Of a DNA stretch of 32,000 bases, positions 9,680 to 20,323 are shown one piece after another (position 1 is the stretch's first letter; each line of letters starts with the position of its first letter). The translations under genes and the position numbers were made by a program. The notes under the pieces were generated by a model that searched no databases, was not told the origin of the DNA, and was given only the letters and a program-made list of their open reading frames with translations. Source of the DNA: Candidatus Iainarchaeum sp. (GTDB taxonomy: Archaea > Iainarchaeota > Iainarchaeia > Iainarchaeales > 0-14-0-20-30-16); the NCBI GenBank assembly GCA_028710695.1, contig JAQTTP010000003.1, positions 1 to 32,000 of the forward strand. The letters are read 5' to 3'.

Positions 9680-11485
9680 ATGGATCAAGCAAAAGTTTAT
9701 TTTGATGGAAGCTTACTTGGGTTTTACGAAGATCCTAAGAAATTAATGAAAGAAATAAAGAAACTTAGGCGAGAAAACAAGTTGAGTAGTAGTGTTAACA
9801 TAAGTTACATGGACAGCACAAATGAAGTTTATATTAATACAAGTGCAGGAAGAATACAAAGACCATTAATAGTTGTTGAAAATGGAAAACCAAAAGTTAC
9901 TCCTGAGCACATAGAAAAAGTAAAAAAAGGAACTTTGACATTTGAAGATTTAGTAAAAAATGGATTAGTTGAGTACCTGGATGCAGAGGAAGAAGATATT
10001 GCATTAGTTGCTATTTTTGAAAAAGATATAACAAAAGACCACACACACCTAGAATTAGACCCTGTTGTTTTATTTGGATTTGTAGTTGGAATGATTCCAT
10101 ATGTAAATCAGAATTCACCGGGTAAATCATTGCACGGAGCAAAGATGTTTAAACAGGCGGTAGGTTATTGTAGTCCAAACCAAGGATATAGAGTTGATAC
10201 TGATTCTTATGAATTATATTATCCACAAAAGCACTTAGTAAAAACAAAAGTAATGGACTTATTTAATTCTGATGAGAGGCCAGTAATTCAAAATTTTGTT
10301 GTTGCAATTATGCCTTATTATGGTTATAACATGCAAGATGCTGTAATACTAAATAAAGGTGCAATAGATAGAGGATTAGGGAGACTATCTTATTATAGAA
10401 CTTATACTTCTGAAGAAACAATTTATCCCGGTGGATTAAAAGATTCAATTTGCTATCCAGATGAAGATGTAGATGACTATTTGGGTCTAGAAGCATATTC
10501 TGTTTTGGGTTCAGATGGAATTGCAGAAGTAGAAACATTTGTTTCAAGAAAAAATGTGATTATTGGAAAAACAAGTCCACCAAAATATGTTGAAGAAATT
10601 TCAGAATTTGGTGTATTAAAAGAAAAAAGAATAGACAGTTCAATGGAAATAAGAAAAAATAAAGAAGGATATGTTGATAAAGTATTTTTGAACAGCGACG
10701 GAATTGCAAAAAGAATAAAAGTAAAAATAAGAACTCCAAAAATCCCGGAACTTGGAGATAAATTTGCTTCCAAGCATGGACAGAAAGGTGTTGTAGGTTA
10801 TGTTGCTAATGAGGAAGACATGCCTTTTAGTGTAAATGGCTTGAAGCCAGATTTGATACTGAACCCACACTCAATTCCATCAAGAATGACTGTTGGTCAC
10901 TTAGTTGAAATGCTTGCAGGAACTGCTGCTTGTGCGTCAGGAAAAGAAGTTGATGGAACAGTATATTCTGGTTCTAATGTTGAAGATTTGAAAAAGATAT
11001 TAGCGGATAATGGATTTTCTCCAACTGGAACAGAAACTTTTTATGACGGTTTAACAGGTAAAAAAGTTGTTGGAGAAGTATTTACTGGACAAATTTCTTA
11101 TAGAAGATTATACCACTTTGTTTCACATAAGATGCAGGCAAGATCAAGAGGTCCTGTGCAAATGTTAACAAGGCAACCTACTGAAGGAATGGAAAAAGAA
11201 GGTGGATTAAAATTCGGAGAGATGGAAACCGATTGTTTAATTGGTTATGGAGCAACAATGTTGTTGAATGAGAAATTATTGGACGACTCAGATAAAATTG
11301 TTGTGCCTGTTTGTAAAAGATGTGGTATTGTTGCTGTTAGCGATAATGTCCAGAAAAAAACTTATTGTAATATGTGTAATAAATCAGAAATCGTAAGGGT
11401 TGCAATGCCATATGCATTCAAAATCTTTATGGATGAACTGAGGGCTTTGATGATTTATCCGAGGCTTTCTGTTAAGGAGTTCTAA
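9680..11485 (+). CDS. rpoB1: DNA-directed RNA polymerase subunit B'
   Basis: GYNMQDAVILNKGAIDRGLGR, IPELGDKFASKHGQKGVVG, MTVGHLVEMLAG, RGPVQMLTRQPTEG, C-terminal zinc ribbon CKRCG...CNMCN. Confidence 0.97.
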   Translation: MDQAKVYFDGSLLGFYEDPKKLMKEIKKLRRENKLSSSVNISYMDSTNEVYINTSAGRIQRPLIVVENGKPKVTPEHIEKVKKGTLTFEDLVKNGLVEYLDAEEEDIALVAIFEKDITKDHTHLELDPVVLFGFVVGMIPYVNQNSPGKSLHGAKMFKQAVGYCSPNQGYRVDTDSYELYYPQKHLVKTKVMDLFNSDERPVIQNFVVAIMPYYGYNMQDAVILNKGAIDRGLGRLSYYRTYTSEETIYPGGLKDSICYPDEDVDDYLGLEAYSVLGSDGIAEVETFVSRKNVIIGKTSPPKYVEEISEFGVLKEKRIDSSMEIRKNKEGYVDKVFLNSDGIAKRIKVKIRTPKIPELGDKFASKHGQKGVVGYVANEEDMPFSVNGLKPDLILNPHSIPSRMTVGHLVEMLAGTAACASGKEVDGTVYSGSNVEDLKKILADNGFSPTGTETFYDGLTGKKVVGEVFTGQISYRRLYHFVSHKMQARSRGPVQMLTRQPTEGMEKEGGLKFGEMETDCLIGYGATMLLNEKLLDDSDKIVVPVCKRCGIVAVSDNVQKKTYCNMCNKSEIVRVAMPYAFKIFMDELRALMIYPRLSVKEF

Positions 11486-11494
11486 GGTGAGATT

Positions 11495-14101
11495 ATGTTA
11501 GCAAAAATAAACGGATTAAAATTTGGAATTTTGCCCCCAGACCAAGTAAGAAAAATGTCTGTGATAGAAGTAAAAACTCACGAACTCTATGATAAAGATG
11601 GCTATCCAATTGAGGGTGGAATAATGGACCCACATTTGGGAGTTGTTGAAAAAGGAAGAAAGTGTAAAACTTGTGGAAACGCAGTTGATAGATGTCACGG
11701 ACATTTTGGACATCTAGAGTTAGTTAGACCAGTTGTGCACGCAGGATATTATAGAAAAGTAGAACAATTAGTTTTTTCAACTTGTAAAGGTTGTGGAAGA
11801 GCATTATTAACTGCAGAAGAATTAACTGCAGCAAAAAAAATAAAAGAATTAGAAATAAGAATGAAATATATTTTAGCAAAATCTGCAACTAAAAAAACAT
11901 GTCCTTATTGTGGTGAAACAAAATTAGTTTACAGATTGGATCCTCCAACAAATTTTTCTATTGTAAATGAAAGTTCTGAAGAAGATATGAAAAGATTATA
12001 CCCAACAGAAATAAGAGAATGGTTTGAAAAATTGCAAGATGATGATTTAGCAATCTTTGGGTATAAAGATTTGAGACCAGAATGGTTTATACTTACTGTT
12101 TTGCCAATACCGCCAGTTTCATTGCATCCATCAATTGTTTTAGAAACTGGAACAAGATCAGAAGATGATCTAACATTCAAATTAGTTGATATAATACTAA
12201 ATAATAATAGATTAAGAGATAATATAAATGCTGGAGCACCACAATTAATGATAGAGGATTTGTGGAATCTTTTGCAACACAATATTACAACTTATTTTAA
12301 CAACAATACTCCTGCTGTGCCTCCATCTAAACATAGATCAGGAAGATTACTTAAGACATTAGTTCAAAGAATAAAAGGAAAAACTGGAATTATAAGACAG
12401 AACTTAATGGGAAAGAGAGTAAACTTTGCAGCAAGATCTACAATTACTCCAGATATTTTTATTAAGCCTGATGAAGTTGGAGTTCCTGTTGCTTTTGCAG
12501 AAGAACTAACTGTTGCAGAAAAAGTTACAGATTATAATGTTGAAGCAATGAGAGAACTAATAAAGAATACGGCATTGGTAAGATATGTAATAAAGAAAGT
12601 TGGTGGAAGAAAGAAAGTAATTGATATAGTAAAAGATAGTATCTCAACTGAACTTGAAGCAGGGGATATAATTGAAAGAGTTCTAAAAAACGGGGACGAA
12701 GTTTTATTTAATAGATATCCATCATTGCACAGAGTTTCTATAATGACACATAAGGTAAAAATAGTTGACGGAAAGGCAATTAGAATGCACCCAACAACTT
12801 GTAAGCCTTATAACGCAGACCACGATGGAGATGAAATGAACATCCACGTTCCACAAAGGGAAGAAGGAAAAACAGAAGCAATAGAACTTTTAAGTGTTGA
12901 AAAAAACATAATATCTCCAAGAGATGGATCAATAATTGTTATCCCAATTGAAGATATTGTTTCTGGTGCATTCATTTTAACATTGCCAACAACAAAAATT
13001 TCTAGAGAAGACGCAATGAACTATTTTAATATTGCAGGAATTGACAAGATTCCAAAACCAGATTTGGGAGATTACTATTCTGGAAAAGTAATATTTAGTT
13101 CATTACTTCCAAAAGGAATAAATCTAAGATATCTTTCAGATGTAAATAGATTTGTTGATGCGGAAAAGAAAACAAATAAACAAATAAAAGATGCAGTAGA
13201 AGTAATAATTGAAGATGGTGAATTAAAACAAGGAATGATTGATAAAAAAGGTTTAGCAAGTGGTTCTGCAAAAATAATATTTGCTATCCAAAGAAAGCAC
13301 GGAAATACAGCAGTAATTGACTTTTACAATAAACTTACAAGAGTTGCATTAGATGTTTGTACAAGATATGGATTAACAACAGCAATTGACGACAATGCAA
13401 TGCAAAAAGACTTCTATACTTGGAAAGAAAAAAAGATGGAAGAGCTTGTAGATGTTTCTTTAGATTTAGAAAAAAGATATAAGAATAGATCATTAGAAAA
13501 AATGCCTGGAAAGAACATACACAATTCATTTGAGGCATATATTATGAGAGAGGGATACTCAACAAAGAAAGAAATTGAGTCCAGAATTGTTGGAAAACTT
13601 ATTGACAATATTTTTGTTGATGAACCAAAGTTTAATTCTTTGATTATGATCCTAAGTGGAGCTAGAGGAAAGGTAGACAACTTAACAAACATGGGTGGAA
13701 CTGTTGGGCAGGCAGCTGTAAGAGAGAAGAGGCCATCAAGAGGATTCACAGATAGAGTTTTAAGTTACTACAAAAGAGATATGGACTCTGCACTACCAAG
13801 AGGATACATCACAAAATCATATTATGAGGGATTGCTTCCACACGAGTTATACTTTATGAGTATGGGTGCAAGACAGGGAGAAGTTGATACTGGTGTTTCA
13901 ACAAAAATCTCAGGATATTTGTATAGAAGAATATCACACGCAACAAGAGATTTATTCACTGCTGAAGACCTAAGTGTAAGAAACACAGACAACAAAATAA
14001 TACAATTTATGTACGGTGAAGATGGAATATATCCTCAGAATTTAGAGGGCCGTGATCTGGTTGGAGATAGTTTCTTTTCAGATTATATAAAGAAGAAGTG
14101 A
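11495..14101 (+). CDS. rpoA1: DNA-directed RNA polymerase subunit A'
   Basis: CRTCGN-type and CHGHFGHLEL zinc motifs, RLLKTLVQRIKGKTGIIRQNLMGKRVNFAARSTITPD, active-site region YNADHDGDEMNIHVPQ. Confidence 0.97.
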   Translation: MLAKINGLKFGILPPDQVRKMSVIEVKTHELYDKDGYPIEGGIMDPHLGVVEKGRKCKTCGNAVDRCHGHFGHLELVRPVVHAGYYRKVEQLVFSTCKGCGRALLTAEELTAAKKIKELEIRMKYILAKSATKKTCPYCGETKLVYRLDPPTNFSIVNESSEEDMKRLYPTEIREWFEKLQDDDLAIFGYKDLRPEWFILTVLPIPPVSLHPSIVLETGTRSEDDLTFKLVDIILNNNRLRDNINAGAPQLMIEDLWNLLQHNITTYFNNNTPAVPPSKHRSGRLLKTLVQRIKGKTGIIRQNLMGKRVNFAARSTITPDIFIKPDEVGVPVAFAEELTVAEKVTDYNVEAMRELIKNTALVRYVIKKVGGRKKVIDIVKDSISTELEAGDIIERVLKNGDEVLFNRYPSLHRVSIMTHKVKIVDGKAIRMHPTTCKPYNADHDGDEMNIHVPQREEGKTEAIELLSVEKNIISPRDGSIIVIPIEDIVSGAFILTLPTTKISREDAMNYFNIAGIDKIPKPDLGDYYSGKVIFSSLLPKGINLRYLSDVNRFVDAEKKTNKQIKDAVEVIIEDGELKQGMIDKKGLASGSAKIIFAIQRKHGNTAVIDFYNKLTRVALDVCTRYGLTTAIDDNAMQKDFYTWKEKKMEELVDVSLDLEKRYKNRSLEKMPGKNIHNSFEAYIMREGYSTKKEIESRIVGKLIDNIFVDEPKFNSLIMILSGARGKVDNLTNMGGTVGQAAVREKRPSRGFTDRVLSYYKRDMDSALPRGYITKSYYEGLLPHELYFMSMGARQGEVDTGVSTKISGYLYRRISHATRDLFTAEDLSVRNTDNKIIQFMYGEDGIYPQNLEGRDLVGDSFFSDYIKKK

Positions 14102-14106
14102 TAATT

Positions 14107-15237
14107 ATGACTGGTTTGCCATTGAACGTTCAAAATAAGATAAGCAAATATGTTGAAAAACGTAAGCTAAGCAAGGACGACGAAAAAGAATTACATAAAA
14201 GAGCAAAAATTCTTTATGAAGATTCTAAAGTAACTCCTTATGACACAGTGGGTTTATTAGCAGCACACTCAATGGCAGAGCCTGCTACTCAGATGGTTTT
14301 AAGAACAAAGCACTTCGCAGGTGCTGCGGAAGTATCTGTTGGATCAGGAATAGAAATTCTATCATCTTTAGTTGATGCAAGAAGTAAGGTAAGGTATCCA
14401 ATAATGCACGTTCATCTAAAAGGGGAACTGGCAAAAGATGAGAAGAAAGCAAAAGAATGTATGAGCCACTTGGTTTATTCTGTGTTGGCTGATGTTACTG
14501 AAATAACTGAGGATTTGGAAACAAAGAAAATCACTGTAAAAATTGATAATAAAGCTCTTGCGGAAAGAGGTCTAGAAAAAACAGAAATATTTGAACTTTT
14601 GAAGAAACAATACAAGAAAAAAGCAACCGACGAAAAGGATACAGTAACAATATTATTTGATGATGTTAACCTGCAAACAATAAGAAAAAATTTCTTAAAG
14701 TTAAGGAAAATGAAGATCACTGGTCTTGAAGGGATTACCGAAGCAATACTTTTAAAAGATGATGGTGAATATTATATTACTACTGAGGGCAGCAATCTAA
14801 AGGGAGTCTTCGAGTTAGATTTTGTTGATACCGACAAAACATATACTAATGATGTAATGGAAACTGCCAAGGTTTTGGGCATAGAAGCCGCAAGGCAGTT
14901 GCTTGTTAATGAATTGGTAAAAGTTTACCAAGATAACAACATTAGTATTGACGCAAGACATCTGCTTTTATTGGCGGATGTAATGTGCTTCGAAGGAATT
15001 ATTAGAGGAACAGTAAGATCCGGAATAGTAAGCACTAAGGAAAGTCCACTTGCAAGAGCATCTTTTGAACAAACTGAAAAAGTTTTATTTGATGCGGCTT
15101 TTGCAGGGGAAAATGAGAAGTTTAAAGGTATTATTGAAAACATTTTGGCAGGTTTGCCAATTAATGTTGGTGTAGGAAGAATAGAATTAGTTATGGATAA
15201 TCTTGGGAAAAAAGAAAAAGTAAAAGGTGGTAAGTAA
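14107..15237 (+). CDS. rpoA2: DNA-directed RNA polymerase subunit A''
   Basis: VGLLAAHSMAEPATQMVLRTKHFAGAAEVSVGSGIEILSSLVDAR and RHLLLLADVMCFEGIIRGTVRSGI. Listed start 14098 is GTG; ATG 14107 follows GTGATAATT. Confidence 0.96.
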   Translation: MTGLPLNVQNKISKYVEKRKLSKDDEKELHKRAKILYEDSKVTPYDTVGLLAAHSMAEPATQMVLRTKHFAGAAEVSVGSGIEILSSLVDARSKVRYPIMHVHLKGELAKDEKKAKECMSHLVYSVLADVTEITEDLETKKITVKIDNKALAERGLEKTEIFELLKKQYKKKATDEKDTVTILFDDVNLQTIRKNFLKLRKMKITGLEGITEAILLKDDGEYYITTEGSNLKGVFELDFVDTDKTYTNDVMETAKVLGIEAARQLLVNELVKVYQDNNISIDARHLLLLADVMCFEGIIRGTVRSGIVSTKESPLARASFEQTEKVLFDAAFAGENEKFKGIIENILAGLPINVGVGRIELVMDNLGKKEKVKGGK

Positions 15238-15542
15238 TGGCATTCATGGATCAATTAAGAAACGCAATAAGAAGTGGAAAATTTGCTTATGGGACAAGAC
15301 AAAGCGAAGAACAGATCTTGACTGGAAAAGCAAAGGCAATAATTCTATCAGAAAAAGCAGAAGAATTAATGGTTGAAAGAATAAAATATTTAGCAGAAGT
15401 TGGAAAGATTCCAATAAAAGTATTGAATTTGTCAACTAAAGAACTTGGTGAGACATTCACATTGGCTTACCCAGTATCAGTTGCAGTAGTTTTAGATGAA
15501 GGAGATTCAAAGATAATTTCAGAGATAAAGACTGAAAAATAA
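15237..15542 (+). CDS. rpl30e: Large ribosomal subunit protein L30e (eL30)
   Basis: 101 aa, L7Ae/L30e family pattern ([35 protein letters not shown]), located between rpoA'' and S12. Confidence 0.85.
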   Translation: MAFMDQLRNAIRSGKFAYGTRQSEEQILTGKAKAIILSEKAEELMVERIKYLAEVGKIPIKVLNLSTKELGETFTLAYPVSVAVVLDEGDSKIISEIKTEK

Positions 15543-15564
15543 ATTTATTTTTAAAGTGATTTTT

Positions 15565-15996
15565 ATGGGTAGTGGAGAATACGCAGCAGGACAATTACAA
15601 AAGAAAAGAAAAAAATGGAGAAAGAAATCAAAGAAATACTTAAAACAAGCTGAAAGACGGCAAAACCAGTTCAAAGGTGCTCTTAAAGGCGCTCCAATGG
15701 GCAGTGGAATTGTTATTGGTAAGAAAGCTGTTGAAGCTAGGCAGCCAAACTCAGCTTTGAGAAAATGTGTTGTTGTTCAACTTAAGAAAAATGGAATAAA
15801 AGTTGCTGCATTTGCTCCAAGAGATAAAGCAATAACTTTTATTGATGAGCACGACGAAGTAGTAATTTCCGGAATTAACGGAAAGAAAGGTGGGCCTTAT
15901 GGAGATCTATGGGGTGTAAGATACAAGGTTGAAAAAGTAAACAACATTTCCCTAGAGATGCTAAGGACTAAGAGAAAAGAAAAAGTAAGAAGGTAA
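15565..15996 (+). CDS. rpsL: Small ribosomal subunit protein S12 (uS12)
   Basis: [42 protein letters not shown] and [18 protein letters not shown]. Confidence 0.96.
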   Translation: MGSGEYAAGQLQKKRKKWRKKSKKYLKQAERRQNQFKGALKGAPMGSGIVIGKKAVEARQPNSALRKCVVVQLKKNGIKVAAFAPRDKAITFIDEHDEVVISGINGKKGGPYGDLWGVRYKVEKVNNISLEMLRTKRKEKVRR

Positions 15997-16006
15997 AGGC
16001 TAAAAA

Positions 16007-16621
16007 TTGGGTGAAAATATGCTTAAAATGTTTGATAAATGGGCTTGTAATGAAGTTAAGGTTGCTGATCCTGGGCTTGCAAAGTATTTAGGATTGGAAG
16101 ATATGTTAATCCCACATACTTTTGGTGCGGAATCTGGCAGGAAATATGTTAAAAAAAGTATAAATGTTGTTGAAAGACTTGTTAACAAGCTGATGAGAAC
16201 TGGCCAAGGAAAGAAAAAACTTGGTGGTAAATTTATAAGAGGTAGAGGCTACCCAGCAAACAAATTAAAAGTTATGAAAATTGTTGAAACTGCTTTTGCA
16301 ATTGTTGAAGAAAAAACAAAAAGCAACCCAATACAGCAATTGGCAATGGCTATTCAAAATAGTAGTCCAAGAGAAGATGTAACAAGATTAAAAAAAGGAG
16401 GAGTTGCATACTCTGAATCAGTAGATATTTCTCCAATAAGAAGATTAGATGAAGCAATAAAAAATATTGCACTTGCTGCTTTTGCAACATCATTTGACAA
16501 TAATAAAAGCGCAGCTGATGCTTTGGCAGAAGAAATATTGCTTGCTGCAAAGAATGATAATAAAAGTTATGCAGTAAGAAGAAAAGATGAAATGGAAAGA
16601 ATTGCAAAGTCTTCAAGATAA
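16007..16621 (+). CDS. rpsG: Small ribosomal subunit protein S7 (uS7)
   Basis: VERLVNKLMRTGQGKKKLGGKFIRGRGYPANKLKVMKIVETAFAIVEEKTKSNPIQ; RRLDEAIKNIALAAFATSF; syntenic between S12 and EF-2. Confidence 0.95.
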   Translation: MGENMLKMFDKWACNEVKVADPGLAKYLGLEDMLIPHTFGAESGRKYVKKSINVVERLVNKLMRTGQGKKKLGGKFIRGRGYPANKLKVMKIVETAFAIVEEKTKSNPIQQLAMAIQNSSPREDVTRLKKGGVAYSESVDISPIRRLDEAIKNIALAAFATSFDNNKSAADALAEEILLAAKNDNKSYAVRRKDEMERIAKSSR

Positions 16622-16667
16622 TAGCTAATAATTATGTGAATGTTTTGAAATGTTTTAAGTGATTTTG

Positions 16668-18866
16668 ATGGTAAGAAAAGAAGATGTAGTAAAGATTGCA
16701 GGAAAATTGATGGACGATTCAAAGTTTGTAAGAAACATCGGAATTGTTGCACACATTGACCACGGTAAAACAACTTTATCAGACAATATGATTGCAGCAA
16801 ACGGATTAATTTCCCAAGAACTTTCCGGTAAACAATGTTTCATGGATTCCTACTCTTTAGAACAGGAGAGAGGAATCACAATTAACGCATCTAATATTTC
16901 ATTAATCTCAAAAATAGATGGTACAGATTATCTAATTAATTTAATTGACACCCCAGGTCACGTAGACTTTGGAGGAGATGTAATTAGAGCAATGAGAGCA
17001 GTTGATGGTGCTGTTGTTGTTATTGATATTGTTGAAGGTGTAATGCCTCAGACAGAAACAGTTTTAAAAGAAGCATTAAGAGAATATGTAAAGCCAATTT
17101 TATTCTTTAATAAAGTTGATAGATTAGTTAATGAATTAAAAATTGATTTTGATGAAATGCAAAGAAGATTTGTAAAAGTTATATCTGCAGTGAATCAAAT
17201 AATTCTAAAGAACGCACCAGAAGAATTTAGGGATAAATGGCAAGTTAAAGTTCAAGATGATAGTGTTGGATTTGGTTCAGCATATAACAATTGGGCAGTA
17301 ACTATGTCTTCAATGCAGAAAACAAAAATTGGATTTAAAGATGTTTATGAATTCTGTCAAAAAGGAGATCAAAAAACACTTGCACAAAAAAGCCCTTTAG
17401 CAGAAGTATTAATTGGAATGGTTGTTAAGCATATACCTAACCCAATACAAGCTCAGAAATACAGAGTTCCAAAAATTTGGAAAGGAGATTTAACTTCCGA
17501 AGAAGGAAAAGCAATGCTAAATTGTGATCCAAACGGCCCTTTTGCAATGATGGTAACAGATGTTGTTGTTGACCCTCACGCAGGAGATGTTGTAACTGGA
17601 AGAATATTTTCAGGACGAGTTAACAAGGGAGATGAACTTATATTAGTTGGCCAAAACAAGAAAGCAAAGATACAGCAAATGGCTTTATTTATGGGGCCTG
17701 ACAGAATTCCAATTGATGGATTATCTGCAGGAAACATAGGATCTATTCTTGGATTAAAAGAGGCATACGCAGGAAATGCAATTGCTTCAAAAGAGATACA
17801 AGAATTTGAGCAATTTATGACTAATGTTGAACCAGTTATTACAATGTCAGTAGAAGCAAAGGATCCAAAACAACTTCCTAAACTTATTGAAGCTGTAAAG
17901 CAAGTTGTGAAAGAAGATCCAAATGTAAGAGTAAACATAAACCCAGACACTGGAGAGCACTTGATTTCTGGAATGGGAGAATTGCACTTAGAAATTGTAA
18001 GATATAGATTAGAGCACGATATGAAAATACCTTTGGATGTAAGTCCACCAATTGTATTGTACAATGAAGCAATAACTAAACAATCACAATTGATTTGGGC
18101 AAAATCACCAAACAAGCACAACAAGTTTAAGATGATTATTCAGCCAGTTCCACCTGCAGTATTAGAAAAACTGAAGGAATTCAAGCTTAATGGAAAGATT
18201 AGAGAAAACAAAGATGAAGACAAGATCCAAAAGCTTATGGAAGCAGGAATTGAAAAAGAAGAAGCTAAGAAAACTTGGGCTTTGAATAATAATTCTTTAA
18301 TAATAAATAGAACTAGAGGTGTAATCCACATAGGTGAAGTTAAAGAACTTTTAGTTCAAGCATTTATGGAAGCCACAAATGAAGGCCCATTAGCTAAAGA
18401 AAAAGTATGTGGAATAATTATTTATATTGAGGATGCAATATTGCACGAGGATGCAATACACAGAGGCCCAGCACAGATAATCCCTTGTATGACAAGAGGA
18501 ATTTATGCCGGATTGATGACTGCAGATCCAATTATATTGGAGCCAAAGCAGAAATTGTTTATCACAATACCAAATGATTTCATGGGTTCAATGACAAAAG
18601 AACTACAATCAAGAAGAGTTCAGATGGAAGACATGAAGACAGAGGGTGATGACACAATTATAATTACTAAGGCACCAGTAAGAGAATTAATTGGGTTTAG
18701 TGCAGCAGCAAGAGCAGCATCCCAAGGAAGGGCAATCTGGACTGCAGAGTACTGGGGTTATGAACCATTACCTAAGGAATTGCAGAAGAAGGTTGTTGCT
18801 GAAATAAGAACAAGAAAAGGAATGGATCCTGAACCAAAGAGAGCAGAAGAATATATGGATGAGTAA
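16668..18866 (+). CDS. fusA: Translation elongation factor 2 (aEF-2)
   Basis: GIVAHIDHGKTTLSDN, DTPGHVDFGGDV, FFNKVDRL, HEDAIHRGPAQIIP with the diphthamide histidine retained. Start ATG 16668 follows GTGATTTTG. Confidence 0.97.
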   Translation: MVRKEDVVKIAGKLMDDSKFVRNIGIVAHIDHGKTTLSDNMIAANGLISQELSGKQCFMDSYSLEQERGITINASNISLISKIDGTDYLINLIDTPGHVDFGGDVIRAMRAVDGAVVVIDIVEGVMPQTETVLKEALREYVKPILFFNKVDRLVNELKIDFDEMQRRFVKVISAVNQIILKNAPEEFRDKWQVKVQDDSVGFGSAYNNWAVTMSSMQKTKIGFKDVYEFCQKGDQKTLAQKSPLAEVLIGMVVKHIPNPIQAQKYRVPKIWKGDLTSEEGKAMLNCDPNGPFAMMVTDVVVDPHAGDVVTGRIFSGRVNKGDELILVGQNKKAKIQQMALFMGPDRIPIDGLSAGNIGSILGLKEAYAGNAIASKEIQEFEQFMTNVEPVITMSVEAKDPKQLPKLIEAVKQVVKEDPNVRVNINPDTGEHLISGMGELHLEIVRYRLEHDMKIPLDVSPPIVLYNEAITKQSQLIWAKSPNKHNKFKMIIQPVPPAVLEKLKEFKLNGKIRENKDEDKIQKLMEAGIEKEEAKKTWALNNNSLIINRTRGVIHIGEVKELLVQAFMEATNEGPLAKEKVCGIIIYIEDAILHEDAIHRGPAQIIPCMTRGIYAGLMTADPIILEPKQKLFITIPNDFMGSMTKELQSRRVQMEDMKTEGDDTIIITKAPVRELIGFSAAARAASQGRAIWTAEYWGYEPLPKELQKKVVAEIRTRKGMDPEPKRAEEYMDE

Positions 18867-18954
18867 CCTAAAGAAAAAAGGTATTTGTTTTTATAGGTTT
18901 TGGACCAGAAAAATATGAGATATATTTAATGAGGAGTTATAAGGAGGAGTTAAT

Positions 18955-20253
18955 ATGGCTGCAGAAAAAAAGAAATATAACATAGTATTTATTGGGCACG
19001 TTGACCATGGAAAATCAACTCTTGTTGGTAGACTAATGTATGATTCAGGAAACGTACCTGAAACAGTTATGCAAAAGTTGAAGAAAGAAGCTGAAGAAAG
19101 AGGAAAAGGAACATTCTCATTGGCTTATTTCATGGACAATCTGAAAGAAGAAAGAGAAAGAGGAGTAACAATTGATGTAAACTATAAACAATTGGAAACC
19201 CCTAAGAAAAAAATAACTGTAATTGATGCACCAGGCCACCAGGACTTTATTAAGAACATGATAAAGGGAACTAGCCAGGCAGATGTTGCTGTTTTAGTTG
19301 TAGCATCAAAAGAAGGTGTAATGCCTCAGACTAAAGAGCACGCATTCATTGCACAAGTTATGGGTATAAAGCAAATAATTGTTGCTGTTAATAAGATGGA
19401 TGAAGTAAATTATGAGCAAGCAAAATATAACCAAGTTGCTGATGATGCAAAGAAATTGCTTGTAAGTACTGGGTTTAAAGCTGAAAACATTATAACAATC
19501 CCTTTATCAGCATGGATTGGAGACAACGTTGTTAAGAAATATGACAAAATGGCTTGGTATAATGGAAAGACTTTAATTGAATTATTGGATGAAATGGATC
19601 CACCAACATTGCCAACAGGAAAGCCATTAAGATTGCCAATTGAAGATGTTTATAACATTAAAGGAATTGGATTAGTGCCTGTAGGTAGAATTGAAACAGG
19701 TGTTTTAAAGCCTGGTGACAAAGTTATAGTTGAGCCTTCCCACAAAGTAGGAGAAGTTAAGACTGTAGAAGCTCACCACACATCAATACCTCAAGCAGAG
19801 CCTGGTGACAACATCGGATTCAGTGTAAGAGGATGGACTAAAGAAGATATTGGAAAGGGAGATGTAGTTGGATTAGAGAGTAACCCTCCAACAGTTGCAG
19901 TTGAGTTTACAGCACAAATAATTGTGTTGAACCACCCAACAGCTATGGCTGTAGGATATACTCCTGTATTCCACATGCACACTGCACAAGCATCCTGTAC
20001 TATTACAGAATTAGTGAAGAAGTTGGACCCTAAGACTGGTGCAACATTACAAGAGAACCCACAATTCTTGAAGACCGGAGATGCAGCAATAGTAAAAGTA
20101 AAACCATTGAAGCCAGTTGCAATGGAGAGTTATAAAGACTATCCACAGTTAGGAAGATTTGCAATTAGGGATATGGGAAGAACAGTTGCTGCTGGAATTG
20201 TAGTAAGTGTAGTTCCAAGAGGTAATGTTAAGGAAGCAGCACCAAAAAAGTAA
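18955..20253 (+). CDS. tuf: Translation elongation factor 1-alpha (aEF-1A)
   Basis: VFIGHVDHGKSTLVGRLMYD, ITVIDAPGHQDFIKNMIKGTSQAD, VAVNKMD; strong ribosome-binding site AAGGAGGAG upstream. Confidence 0.97.
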   Translation: MAAEKKKYNIVFIGHVDHGKSTLVGRLMYDSGNVPETVMQKLKKEAEERGKGTFSLAYFMDNLKEERERGVTIDVNYKQLETPKKKITVIDAPGHQDFIKNMIKGTSQADVAVLVVASKEGVMPQTKEHAFIAQVMGIKQIIVAVNKMDEVNYEQAKYNQVADDAKKLLVSTGFKAENIITIPLSAWIGDNVVKKYDKMAWYNGKTLIELLDEMDPPTLPTGKPLRLPIEDVYNIKGIGLVPVGRIETGVLKPGDKVIVEPSHKVGEVKTVEAHHTSIPQAEPGDNIGFSVRGWTKEDIGKGDVVGLESNPPTVAVEFTAQIIVLNHPTAMAVGYTPVFHMHTAQASCTITELVKKLDPKTGATLQENPQFLKTGDAAIVKVKPLKPVAMESYKDYPQLGRFAIRDMGRTVAAGIVVSVVPRGNVKEAAPKK

Positions 20254-20323
20254 TATCCAATAGGAAGTAACCCTTCCTTTTTTTATTTTTTTAATATGAA
20301 AAAGAAAAGTGATAATTATGGCG

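Noticed and set aside
14101-14110. RpoA'/RpoA'' junction considered as an intein or frameshift site
   Set aside because: The A'/A'' split is normal in archaea, and the junction is simply a stop-RBS-start unit.
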